A DNA stretch of 64,000 nt from Antedon mediterranea (Eukaryota; Animalia; Echinodermata). The notes beneath the pieces were generated by a model. It searched no databases, had not been told where the DNA came from, and saw only the letters and a program-made list of their open reading frames with translations. The translations under genes and the position numbers were made by a program. Positions within the stretch are counted from its first letter, which is position 1, and every line of letters starts with the position of its first letter. The stretch covers positions 32,113,648-32,177,647 of the forward strand of contig NC_092673.1 of the NCBI RefSeq assembly GCF_964355755.1. The letters run 5' to 3'. Below, piece by piece: positions 1 through 14,600 of this stretch.

Positions 1-3000
1 TTTACAGGAGAGAGACTTCCGATTATTGGTGATGTATCGGTCAATAAAGACTTTGGGACAGGTAAGAAAATACTGTTGTATATAAAATGTACTTACTGTA
101 TACAGTGAGGTGAGGTGTGTCCCGTGTTCATTCTGAACATAGGGGAATGAGCTGTTAGGAGCTCATTGTACTAAGCCTCGGCATTATGTGGTAGGGTGGC
201 CAGTTCCTTTCAACGCCGCCTTTTTTCCATAGTATTTTCAACTATGTACTCATTTACAGCTGAGTGGACTGGAAGTTGTCGGGAATTGAACCCGGGTCTA
301 TGTGTATGACAGTGTATACAGTACAACCTAGTAATTGGACACTTCTCTCTGAAATGAATAAAGCTAAATATATATTTTTTAACATGAAGCTAAGCCCTAT
401 TAAGGAAATATTTGGTGGTACCAGATAATAATAATAAAAATAATAATAATAATAATGGAAATTTGCAAAGTGCAAGCATACGTCTAAAAAAGACGCTTAC
501 TGCGCTACTGACAACAAAGAACATGAAAAAAAGTTACAAATCTTAAAGACTACAAACATCACAAATACGCTACAAGTTTTCTGGATAAGACATGGGGAAT
601 AAATGAGTCTTTAAGCTAGACTTGAATGTATATAATGTACTAGAGTTTTGAATATGAGATGGCAGGCGATTCCATAGCATTCCTTTTAATATGGATTCTA
701 CAGTATATAAAAACAGTAACTTATTGATGGAATAATGTTTTTATCTTATGCTATGTTACACCTGTACACTAAGCTAAACTAGCAGATCGAACAAAGGTTT
801 GTTAACCTTTAAATTTATAGCAGTAAACACAAATGCAGCCGATTACTTCAAGTTTAGCCATAATGGCCGAGCGGTTAAGGCAGGGCGCCGTTTACCGTAC
901 CTAAAGAGCCAACAACATTGGCAAGGGTTCGAGGCTCACTCGCTCGTAGTTCTGGTGGTGAAACAAGTCTTCTCGGATAACGACTATAAACTGTAGGTCC
1001 AGTGTACACAGTTATAACCTGTGTGCACTTTAAAGAACCCAGTTCATTATTCGAGAAGAGTAGGGGGTTACCCGCCCTGGTAAGCTGGCTCACAAAATAG
1101 CCCCTGTATCAGGGGGATTACCACCTATCTGATAGGACAGTGATTAATTTACTATTGGTAATTATTGGCCACATTGCCTAAACATATAAAATAAAATTTT
1201 TAAAAATAAATAAATAAATACAATTGATAGATTTCTTACTTTTAACTGTGAATTGTGTATTTCAACCTGCTGTATAACCTATGAAAGCTAGAAGCTCAAC
1301 ATACAGTACCACCTCAACAAGTGCAAACTGAGGTGTTTAAGATTACAATCATAGAACTCATTTGTTTACAGGTGCTGTTATGATTGCACCTGGTCACGAC
1401 TACAATGATTATGAAATTGGGCAGAAACACAACCTTCCAACAATAACAGTCATCAATGAAGATGGCAACATGGCTGACACTACTGCTCAATTTCAGGTAC
1501 ACTTAACTTGTCAATAAAAATATTTTATAAAGGCCAATTTACACCGATGAGCAGTAACGTGGAAAACTGCGTAGCTTGTAGAATCGTAGAATCTATCTAT
1601 CCTGAGGGGAAACTGTTGGTCTGCTCCAAGTTCTGTGTAAATGGTCATAAGGAATAACATAGATTTTATATTTTTTATTTTTTTATTATTTGTTATACTT
1701 GTCTATGGAAATTGGCCGTAACACATAGTTTCCACTGATTGTCTAGGAAAATTTCTGTACAGTACTCCTTGACACTAACTTTACCATCCATTATGGTACT
1801 GTATAAATTTAAACAGTCGTTTATTACTTTTTGTTGGGGTTAGGGAATGAAAAGATTTCATGCTAGGGTAGCAGTTTTGGAAGCCCTCAAGGAGAGAAAC
1901 TTGTATAGAGGCAGTAAAGATAATCCAATGGTGGTCCCAGTATGCAGGTAAACCTAGAGAATACTACTACTGCTATGATGTTATAACATACAAATAATTA
2001 ATGTTTATGTGTTCAATAAGAATAATAAAAAAACTTTTTTACAAACAGTAGAATTACAGTGATTGTTTAATATGAAAGCTTCTTGTAAGCTTAGTAAGTT
2101 ACAATTTTCTAGGACTAGGCATACCCTCATCAAGCAACTTGATGATACTGTTCATACCTGTTTTAACCAGTTCTTTTCTACAATATAATACCTCTATGGT
2201 TTCCTAAATTATAACTATGAAGCTGGAATGTTATTGTTTTGTTGTTATACCAGATCACTTTCTAATAATTGTATAAGGTATATAATACACATATAATTTA
2301 TGAACTTTTTAACATTTCAATATTTTAGTCATTCAAAGGACATTATTGAACCACTGATAAAACCTCAATGGTTTGTAAACTGCACTGAAATGGCCGTTGC
2401 TGCTGTGGAAGCAGTTGAAGATGGAGATTTGGAGATCATCCCTGATATGCGTATAAAAAGATGGAACCGGTGGTTAAAGAAGAGCAGGTGAATGTACAAG
2501 ATGATCTCTCTAAGACAAATATCTTGATCTCCAGAATACAGTCAAAGCACTTTGGCATTGTGTTTATTTTTTATCACCAGATCATTATTACATAATCAAT
2601 GTCATTTATTATATATCATCACATATTTTTATAACCAGAAAACATTTTGTTATCATTTTAACAATTTCGTAAATTTTAACAGAGATTGGTGTTTATCTCA
2701 ACAACTATGGTGGGGTCATCGTATTCCAGCATACTTTGTGACAATTGACGATGATGCATTTCCAGAAGGGAAGGTACGTTATTACACAGATAACATAGGT
2801 GTATAACACATAGCAATCATATCATACAGTACATACTGAATGCCAACAGCATCACATGATTAAGATGTTCGATATTTTAGTCTATTTGACCTCCTATTTT
2901 AATCTTCAAATCCTGGGTTCAAATCCTATTTGACCTCCAAGACAGAATTGCTTTTGTGGCTTGTAGTATGTGTCTTGACTTCGGATTAAGCGTTAAAACT

Positions 3001-6000
3001 AGACACATCTGAAATCTATGGATAGAAAAAAATTCTTCTAAAATAACTAGGATGTGAACCTTGATTGTTGACCTGAAAATTTTAACCTTATTCATTAAAA
3101 GCATGTGAAAATAAATGCTGTATGATTATATTAATAATAATTATTAATAAAATAATCATGCTTCTTCACAGGACATTGATTCAAAATATTGGGTGAGCGC
3201 TCACACGGAGGAGACGGCTAGAAAAAAAGCAGCTAAACGGTTTGGTGTGCTAGCAAACAATATTAAACTAAGACAAGGTAAAGAAAACAACTTTTTCAAC
3301 GTTTAAAAAAATTTGGTTTGTATATTAAATTGGTTATCCGCACTTGGCGGATAACCTCTTGTAATTGTCAGGATCTTTTTTTTCTTTTTCTTCTTTCTTT
3401 CCACGAATTTTTTTTGCAGCGTATCTCTAATTCTGGCCAATATAAAGTTGTATAACTTTGTCAAAAGATTGCCCTGTAGCTGTAGATTTGCAAGAAACTT
3501 TTTTTTTTAGAATTTCGAGTCGCGCAGCGTAAGTTACGCGCGATTTTAGGAATGTCAATGATTGATCATAGAATAAAAACTAAGTCATTTTGTATTGAAA
3601 CTTTGGGAAAATTTAAGTCATATCATGCGCAAACTTTCTGTGAATTAAAAATGGCATGTTTCACCAAAACTGACGCGCGCACGCGCGTTTAAAATTTCAC
3701 AATGCGAAAAATCAATTTCTAATGTCATTTTGAGCATTTCAAAAATTCCCATGCGTGTGCAATTTGTTTACGCTCGCGTGCGCACGTAGCGCAAAAACAT
3801 CCTTTTTTTGCTTGATTATTGTTTTTTCAGCCTTTTCTAGTAAATTTATCAATTTTCAATCAATTTTGACTTAAAATCACGTCACACGAGCACGTAGAAT
3901 TGGATAATTTGCGCGCGTTTTTGATGAAAAACTTCAAAAAATCGTCAAAATTAGACCTTTTTTAAACAGTCATAAATTCTAAACTACGTGTTGAACTTTT
4001 TTAAATTACATATTCTGGAAGTAAAGTTGCATTTCTCGAATCATGCATTGATATGGCTTACCGGACATTGTGACGTCATCGTATGGCCACCCGAATATAA
4101 AATAAAGGATTTTTTTCTCTTTCGTCATAGCTCGTCAACTTTAATACAGCGCATCTCTACTTATCCGTATTCCATTTCACTCAATTTTTTTTATATTGTC
4201 TAGGTCAAATCAATTATCTTTCGCATGATTTACAATTTTTTAAATTGTTATGACGTCACCATGTTCAAAAGCGTCAATAACTTTGGTCACTTCTTTTCAC
4301 CTATTCTGCACTGTATGTAGTACGTTTTCAGTATATAGTGTATACCGTATATACTTAGACGTGACGTAAAATAGAGAGCGCACTAACATTTTTTCAATGG
4401 CATAATCGTTTTTCTGCGCGCAATATTCCAACGTATGACGTGCACGTGGCTTTTGGGCTGCGGATAACCTAACTCGTCCGTAGTGACGAGTTCAAATCTA
4501 GTTCTTGTTTAAGATTTAATTTATTGGTAGTTTGTTTGAATAAAATCCAATTCAATAAATGTCTTTTTTAGATGATGATGTCTTGGATACGTGGTTCTCA
4601 TCTGGTATAATTCCATTTGCCATTCATGGATGGCCTGATGAGGTACGATATAATTTAAGAATAGTTTGTGATATTGAGCTATTTCAAGTTTGTTTATTTC
4701 TGAAAAAGTTCCTTGTATTAAGTGAAATCAAATTGAATTGTAGAAATGTAGAAAAAAACATTGAAATATAGGCCAAAGAATGAAAATCTAAAGATTGGAT
4801 TAAAAAAAAAGTTTAATTTCATGCGCAACTAATAGCTATTTAATAATTTATCATGCTTATAAACTAAGTCTTATTTGAGGCTTAGGGAGTGGAGTTGAAA
4901 GAGTTGTGAGTTACAACCCTGGCACTACGTCAAGATTGAACTTTGGACCTTTTGGATTGGAAGGCGTCACAAGAAAAAAAGACACAATTAACTGAAAGTG
5001 GAGAGATGGTGTAGTAGCATAGAACAAATTTAGATTCTAGATATGTCAATATGGTTGGTGAAATTCAGTCCAAAATACGCAGAATTTTTTCCAAAATACG
5101 TCAAGTTGAGGGCGCTATAGTAATCCAAAATACGCGAGTCTTTCCAAAATACGTCGACTTGGGGGCGCTATTCATTTCCAAAATACGCGAATTGTCCAAA
5201 ATACGTCAAGTTGAGGGCGCTAGTCATTTTCCAAAATACGCGATTTGTCCAAAATACGTCAATTTGGAACCACTTGTAATTTTCCAAAATACGTCAATTT
5301 GAGAGCGCTATTCATTTTCCAAAATACGCAATTTAAATAACTCCTTTACTTCTTCTAACCAATTAATTATTGATATTATTTTAATCACAATACCATGCTT
5401 TTTATTATTATATATTATATGAAATAATTATTATGTTAGATTTCAGATTAGGTAACTTATTAGACCATAAGTACTGTACATTAAATTGAAAGCGATGTTG
5501 GTCTGTCGAGCTCGGGAAAAATATCGATTTTGTAGATCACCAAATATATAACACATACCTATGACTATACTTAAATACTATATACGTACATGCTGGTTTT
5601 GTAGCCGGTTTATGCCGCATTTAAACTAGCTACGTCTGGCAACGCAATCGTACATCGTTCAGACATTATTAACGTATATTATAGGCACTGTCTATTGACT
5701 GATGTTGGCATATATTTGTTGTTTTTCAGTAATAAATGATTACATTGAAAAATAATAATTGGCTACTCTATGACATTTTATTTACAAAAAATTATGCCTT
5801 CTAATACTTTCATTTATAACTAAAATGTACTTGTTTGTTTTATTCCAAGAAACTTTTTTTTAATACATTAAACTGTAATTTTACCTTACACTCTCAATAT
5901 GATACATTTGGAAAGGCTCTCGTATTTTGGAAAAAAAGTTTGCCGCCCTCAAGTTGACGTATTTTGGAAAATTACTAGCGGTCCCAAATTGCAAATTGAC

Positions 6001-9000
6001 GTATTTTGGACAAATCGCGTATTTTGGAAATAAATAGCGCCCTCAATTTGACGTATTTTGGACAATTCATGTATTTGGGATAATTTATAGCGCCCTCAAC
6101 TTGACGTATTTTGGACAATTCGCGTATTTTGGAAAATGAATAGCGCCCTCAAGTCGACGTATTTTGGAAAGACTCGCGTATTTTGGATTAGTATAGCGCC
6201 CTCAACTTGACGTATTTTGGAAAAAATTCTGCGTATTTTGGACTGATGTTCACCAACCCGACTCAGATATGTTGCTAGGAATGCAGATTCAATGACACCA
6301 GAGTTGATAAACATTATTAGGTTATATGCATGATGCATATAACCTCTTGATTCTGTCAGAATCTTTATTTATTTCTTTATTTATTTATTTATTTATTTAT
6401 TCTTTCCTTAGCACTATTTGTCCGTCAATTATCTTGATATCAGTTTCATCTAACTAAGTCAATTTTTCAGAGTATATTCCTTATGGCCAGGAATCGATGT
6501 GGTTATGTTTTCACGGTGCGCAATCAAACATTATGCGGTCTACGCGCGATTTAACGAAATCACGTTTGTAATCATATCTTCACAAGCATGAATCACTTTT
6601 AAACAAAATTTGGTACTCATAAATTTCAGGTGATATTTCATCATATGGCAATAAAATTACGTGCGTAGCACATATAACGCATGCGTACGCGCGCTTAAAA
6701 TGTTCAAAATTGTCAGAATTTATTTTCGATGAAATTAGAGTACGTTTCAGGCAATTTTAAGCGTTTAAAAAATTGCCATAAGTGCGCAGATTTTTGCGCG
6801 TCAAACGTTATTGCGCACTGTTTTTGTCCGATTACTGTTGTATAACCTTTCTTTAACAATATCATCATATTGTATTAACTTTAACAGCGTTATACGAGTA
6901 CGTCAAAAGTGACAGGCTACGCACGTGCAAGTTAACAAAAGGTGAAAATATGTTAAATTTTTAAATTAATATATATCGTTAGAATGCTCGGGAACACCGA
7001 TTTTTTTATTTCATTTTCTTGAAGTGTATGTATCATATTTATGATTTATTATGAAATTAAGAGAACAAAAGTTGATTAAGTCATCATTAATGGCATATTA
7101 AATTTACAAAAATTAATTTCGACAATCAAACAATTATAACATTTTCTTAGGCCGAAATAACAAACTTAACATTAACTTTCTTCCTTAAGAAGTTCATATA
7201 TTAAAGTTAAAAGTATATAGTTTGACAGTGCATCATTTTTAAAAATCTTTAAAGATGTCATCATAGTAAAACATTATAATTCATTGCGGTATGTAATAAT
7301 CTATCTGCACCAAAGTGGTTACTGCATAGTAAATACACCGAGGAATATTTGCATAATTTTTAGTCAGTTGTGTATGGCTCGGTGGTCTTTGCTCGTGTCT
7401 ATAGCATTCAAGGTACCGAGTTCGAGTCTCACCTTGGGAAACGAAACAAAATAAGATTTTTTTTATTATCCGTATTGTTTGTTCAATTGTATTTCTTAGT
7501 GTATAGATTATACAGATGATTTATAATGAAATTTATTTAAAAACACAAAATGTGGTTTATGACATTATATACGCAAAAGGATCTTTGATCGGATTATGAT
7601 ACCGGCTATTGTATTTGCGTTAGCAAGATCCTATCATATATTATAAATAACTAAAGATTCTTAGAAAATCAATCTTTCAAAATATCTTAAATCAATCAAT
7701 TATCTTTATTTAAATCAATGCATATAACCTATAATTCGTCATAGTGACGAATAGAGAGAAATGGCGAACCGACGTCTAAAATCCGAGTGGGTATAAAATC
7801 ATAACAAACCGTTGAGGGCGGCACATTTCCTATGTTTATACACGTGAATCATGGCGTCGTCTAACCAATGTTGTTGCTGTAACGCTCATAATTCTTTTTC
7901 TATTTGTGTATTTAGTCATCCATCATTCACAATCATATTCCTAAAAATATCTCATATCTATCTGTAGGTCTACATTAGACTAGGCCTATAGTATTATAGT
8001 AGAATAGTCTTATCAAGTATTCATTACTGGCGGTAGCCCCCCGGCAGGAAGCATCACTAGCCACATAACAAAATGGCAGTTGTCAAGCTGAAACTAAATG
8101 CTAGGCCTACGTCTACTAGAGATGCTCTATTTAGTCTTACTACCTAGCTAGGAGAGGCCTAGCAGCACCCTAGCTAAAGTAGTAGTAGTACAGTATGCAA
8201 TAAAGAATTTCCAATATTATTATTATTATTATTATAATAACCGATAATCCGTGCTAGGCTCGCTCGAGTAGGCCTGCTCGAGTAGGCCTGCTCGAGTAGG
8301 CCTACTCTACTCGAGGTCAACACAGCATCAGCGAAACTATCTAGGGCCTAGAGCTGGGTCCAGTATATAACAAAAACGCGTCTTAATTCAATCCAAATTG
8401 AAATAAAATATGTTAAGATTTGCCCATATAACATTAAAATTGTTAAGAGTGTTGCAAAAAAAAAAAGATACTGCTATTATGTGTGTTTTAAACGTTCTTT
8501 TCTAACTACCTTTTTATTAACTCAACCCATCGGAATTTCCCATACAAAAACATGTGGCGAAATGGTTTGTTTACAATCTATACCCACTCGGTGAAATTTG
8601 AGTGACGTCATCGCGGTTCACCATTTCTCTCTATTAAATCTAGTTGCATTATTTATTTGCTAGACTCCTGACCTGTCACAGTATTATCCTTCTACTGTGC
8701 TAGAAACAGGCTATGATATACTGCTTTTGTGGGTTGCAAGAATGGTGATGCTGGGACAGAGGCTAACAGGAGAACTTCCATTTAAACAGGTAATTGTGAA
8801 AAATCAAAGGTTAGATTATCTTCAATTTAAACAAACATCATCTTCAAATAAGGAATAGCCAACAAACCAGTGAGTTCCTATACTTCTGAAAAAAAACCAT
8901 AAACAATAAAACACTTTAATAACAAAACCAGTTTCTCTAAGAACATGAAAATAATTACTTACTCAATTTTTAAAGCTATTATCTATAATAATATTTTATA

Positions 9001-10049
9001 CATTTTACAAATTAATTAAAAAGAACTATTTATTTTGTCATTTTCTTCAGGTATACCTCCATTCATTGGTAAAAGATTTTCATGGACGCAAAATGAGCAA
9101 ATCGCTTGGTAACGTCATTGACCCTATTGACGTTATAGAGGGTGTATCACTTGATGCTATGCAAGACCGGCTAAAAAACAGCAACTGGAAACATGACAAC
9201 CAAGAATTGAAAGCTGCTCTGAAAGGTCAAAGGGCAAACTTTCCAAATGGCATTCCAGAATGTGGAGCTGATGGTCTTAGATTTGCCCTTTGCACGTACC
9301 ATATTCAAGGTACTATGTATACTGAAATGTTCTTTATTTTAAGGGCCTGAGGAAAAATGTTTTTAGGTAATGATTCCTTTCACAGTATGTACAAATTCTT
9401 TTCCCCTGCTTGATAATTCAAAGGAAGAGTGGAGTGGTAGCTTAGTGGTTAAGATGCTTGCCTACCGATCTCAGGGTCCTGGGTTCACATCATGTCAAAT
9501 CACTATGGTTATCCTTGCAATAAATCTAAATTGAATGAATGAATAATTCATATAAAACAATATAACTTATTTATATTATTACAAGAATCACACATATATT
9601 TCTGGGGTCATTTATTTGGGCAAATGCACTCTTAAATTACTATCTGTTTATTGTACATTTTACTGACAAATTTTAATGACATTTTTAAAAATGATGGGTA
9701 GCTGAATCAGCCCCATACAGCATTTTTTCATCTTTAAAAAAAAAATTGTATTGATTTTTTGATGGTCAAATAAATAACGAAACAAAACGGTTTTGTTTTT
9801 TAAGGTGTGGGTTTAAACTTGAATGTTCGGAAGCTTGTGAAGTACAGACATTTTTATAACAAGATTTACAATGCTGTCAAGTTTGGTTACACTTACTTTG
9901 GAAGTGATTTTAAGCTGATGATTAAAGAAGATGTATGTTACATTTATTTTATTTTTTACCTCCGCCAAGGAGGTAATATGTAATCGGTAGCGTGTGTTTG
10001 TTTGTTACTTGGCCAAATTGAAAATTGGCCAAGTATGTTGATTGGTGCG

Positions 10050-10139
<90 letters not shown>

Positions 10140-11584
10140 GTGTGTTTGTTTGTTTGTCATCACTCTAGCGCTCACAGTTTAGAATCGAATGACTCCAAAT
10201 TACTACCATACATGTCACCTGGTGCAAGGACGACACTGCCCAATTTTGGTTAAAATCTGGACCATGGTCCCAATTCTGGACCACTTTTAAAAATTATTTT
10301 CAGACCTGCTAGTGTTAAAAGATAGGACAGAATTATCAAAAGCCGGTGAGCAGTCTTAAATTAACAAGTAAACTTAAATTGCATTTTCTCGGGAACTACT
10401 TGTCCAAAAAACTTCATTTTTGTACAAGAGGCAAGAGTTATAATTTGTGATTTGTAATTTTAAAACTGAATTAGATTTAATATAGAGGTTTTTTGATGCG
10501 AGTAGTTTACAAAAACCTATTTCTTTTCAAATTCACCCGTGTGTCTTTCGCGTTGCTGTTCTATTGTTAGCCGACTGAAGCTATTGTTCGTTGAAAGGCT
10601 GGTTACATAACCTGTACGCCAAACTCGTATACACATGATTGTACTGAAATTAGCCTAAATCACACAGCATAAGACACACACTTTTGGTGAAATTTGGGTC
10701 AATGTCAGGAGGCCAATTTTGATTTGGCCAAGTATCGCGCTATGCGCGAAGGCTAGTTACTTGGCCAAATTGAAAATTGGCCAAGTATGTTGATCTGTTT
10801 GGTTTGTGTGTGTGTTTGTTACTTGGCCAAATTGAAAATTGGCCAAGTATGTTGATCTGTTTGGTTTGTGTGTTTGTTACTTGGCCAAATTGAAAATTGG
10901 CCAAGTATGTTGATTGGTGCGGTTTGTGTGTGTGTGTGTGTGTGGGTGTGTGTGTTTGTTTGTTTGTCAGTCATCACTCTAGCGCTCACAGTTTTGGTTC
11001 GAATGACTCCAAATTACTACCATATATGTCACCTGGTGCAAGGACGACACTGCCCAATTTTGGTTAAAATCTGGACCACGGTTCCAATTCTGGGCCACTT
11101 TTAAAAATTATTTTCAGACCTGCTAGTGTTAAAAGATAGGACAGAATTATAAAAAAGCCGGTGAGCAGTCTTAAATTAACAAGTACTTAAATTGCATTTT
11201 CTCGGGAACTACTTGTCCAAAAAACTTCATTTTTGTACAAGAGGCAAGTGTTATAATTTGTGATTTGTAATTTTAAAACTAAATTAGATTTAATATAGAG
11301 GTTTTTTGATGCGAGTAGTTTACAAAACCTATTTCTTTTCAAATTCACCCGTACTGAAGCTATTGTTCGTTGAAAGGCTGGTTACATAACCTGTACACCA
11401 AACTCGTATACACATGATTGTGGTGAAATTAGCCTAAATCACACAGCATAAGACATACACTTTTGGTGAAAATTGGGTCAATGTCAGGAGGCCAATTTTG
11501 ATTTGGCCAAGTATCGCGCTATGCGCAAAGGCTAGTTTGTTACTTGGCCAAATTGAAAATTGGCCAAGTATGTTGATTGGTGCG

Positions 11585-11621
<37 letters not shown>

Positions 11622-14600
11622 TTTGTTTGTTATCACTCTAGCGCTCACAATTTTGATTGGAATGACTCCAAATTACTACCATACATGTCACCTGGTGCAA
11701 GGAAGACACCGCCCAATTTTGGTTAAAATCCGGACCACGGTTCCAATTCTGGGCCACTTTTAAAATTATGTTCAGACCTGCTAGTGTTAAAAGATAGGAC
11801 AGAATTATAAAAAGCCGGTGAGCAGTCTTAAATTAACAAGTAAACTAAAATTGCATTTTCTCGAGAACTACTTGTCCAAAAAACTTCATTTTTGTACAAG
11901 AGGCAAGTGTTATAATTTGTGATTTGTAATTTTAAAACATAATTAGATTTAATGTACAGGTTTTTTGATGCGAGTAGTTTACAAAACCTATTTCTTTTCA
12001 AATTCACCCGTGTGTTTTTTCCGCGTGCTGTTCTATTGTTCGGTTCGGTTTGTGTGTGTGTTTGTCATCGCTCTATCGCTCACAATGGTAAATACACATA
12101 GGAATCTTTCTTCAAATGTTAGTCAGTTGTGTATGGCTCGGTGGTCTGTGCTGGTGTCTACAGCATTTAAGTTACCGAGATCGAGTCTCACCTTGGGAAA
12201 TGAAACGAAATCAGATTTTTTTTTATTGTTTGTTCAAGTATATTTCTTAGTATATAAATTATACGGCTGATTTATAATTAAATCTAGAGAAATTATGTCT
12301 CTATTTTCATGTTACAAGGGATCTTTATTACATATACTGAACTTGGATCGGGTTAAAATCGGTCAAGGTCAAATGTGTTTAGGAGGCCAATTTTGATTTG
12401 GCCAAGTATCGCGCTATGCGCGAAGGCTAGTTACTTGGCCAAATTGAAAATTGGCCAAGTATGTTGATTGGTGCGGTTTGTGTGTGTGTTTGTTTGTTTG
12501 TTTGTTTGTTTGTTTGTCATCACTCTAGCGCTCACAGTTTTGGTTCGAATGACTCCAAATTACTACCATACATGTCACCTGGTACAAGGACGACACTGCC
12601 TAATTTTGGTTAAAATCCGGACCACGGTCCCAATTCTGGACCACTTTTAAAAATTACTTTCAGACCTGCTAGTGTTAAAAGAAAGGACAGAATTATCAAA
12701 GGCCGGTGAGCAGTCTTAAATTAACAAGTAAACTAAAATTGCATTTTCTCGAGAACTACTTGTCCAAAAAACTTCATGTTTGTACAAGAGGCAAGTGTTA
12801 TAATTGGTGATTTGTAATTTTAAAACATAATTAGATTTAATGTACAGGTTTTTTGATGCGAGTAGTTTACAAAACCTATTTCTTTTCAAATTCACCCGTG
12901 TGTTTTTTTCGCGTTGCTGTGCTATTGTTCGGTTCGGTTTGTGTGTGTGTTTGTCATCGCTCTATCGCTCACAATGGTAAATACACATAGGAATCTTTCT
13001 TCAAATGTTAGTCAGTTGTGTATGGCTCGGTGGTCTGTGCTGGTGTCTACAGCATTTAAGTTACCGAGATCGAGTCTCACCTTGGGAAATGAAACAAAAT
13101 CAGATTTTTTTTTATTGTTTGTTCAAGTATATTTCTTAGTATATAAATTATACGGCTGATTTATAATTAAATCTAGAGAAATTATGTCTCTATTTTCATG
13201 TTACAAGGGATCTTTATTACATAATACTGAACTTGGATCGGGTTAAAATCGGTCAAGGTCAAATGTGTTTAGGAGGCCAATTTTGATTTGGCCAAGTATC
13301 GCGCTATGCGCGAAGGCTAGTTTGTTTGTTTGTTTGTTTGTCATCACTCTAGCGCTCACAGTTTTGATTCGAATGACTTCAAATTACTACCATACATGTC
13401 ACCTGGTGCAAGGACGACACCGCCCAATTTTGGTTAAAATCTGGACCACGGTTCCAATTCTGGGCCACTTTTAAAAATTATTTTCAGACCTGCTAGTGTT
13501 AAAAGATAGGACGGAATTATCAAAAGCCGGTGAGCTGTCTTAAATTAACATGTAAACTTAAATTGCATTTTCTCGAGAACTACTTGTCCAAAAAACTTCA
13601 TTTTTGTACAAGATGCAAGAGTAACAATTTGTGATTTGTAATTTTAAAACTGAATTTGATTTAATATACAGGTTTTTTGATGCGAGTAGTTTACAAAACC
13701 TATTTCTTTTCAAATTCACCCGTGTGTTCTTAGCGTTGGTGTTCTATTGTTAGCCGACTGAAGCTATTGTTCGTTGAAAGGCTGGTTACATAACCTGTAC
13801 ACCAAACTCGTGTACACATGATTGTAGTGAAATTAGCCTAAATCACACAGCATAAGACATACACTTTTGGTGAAAATTGGGTCAATGTCAGGAGGCTAAT
13901 TTTGATTTGGCCAAGTATCGCGCTATGCGCGAAGGCTAGTTACTTGGCCAAATTGAAAATTGGCCAAGTATGTTGATTGGTGCGGTTTGTGTGTGTGTTT
14001 GTTTGTTTGTTTGTTTGTTTGTCATCACTCTAGCGCTCACAGTCTTGGTTCGAATGACTTCAAATTTCTACCATACATGTCACCTGGTGCAAGGACGACA
14101 CTGCCCAATTTTGGTTAAAATCCGGACCACGGTCCCAATTCTGGACCACTTTTAAAAATTACTTTCAGACCTGCTAGTGTTAAAAGAAAGGCCAGAATTA
14201 TCAAAGGCCGGTGAGCAGTCTTAAATTAACAAGTAAACTAAAATTGCATTTTCTCCAGAACTACTTCTCCAAAAAACGTCATTTTTGTACAAGAGGCAAG
14301 TGTTATAATTTGTGATTTGTAATTTTAAAACATAATTAGATTTAATGTACAGGTTTTTTGATGCGAGTAGTTTACAAAATCTATTTCTTTTCAAATTCAC
14401 CCGTGTGTTTTTCCCGCGTGCTGTTCTATTGTTCGGTTCGGTTTGTGTGTGTGTTTGTCATCGCTCTATCGCTCTATCGCTCACAATGGTAAATACACAA
14501 AGGAATCTTTCTTCAAATGTTAGTCAGTTGTGTATGGCTCGGTGGTCTGTGCTGGTGTCTACAGCATTTAAGTTACCGAGATCGAGTCTCACCTTGGGAA

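Noticed and set aside
856-940. Functional tRNA gene
   Set aside because: A and B boxes are present, but there is no acceptor stem/cloverleaf and it continues into a SINE body and tail
5051-6338. Mirror ORFs 5051-5302 and 6096-6338
   Set aside because: Products of the inverted arms of a foldback MITE
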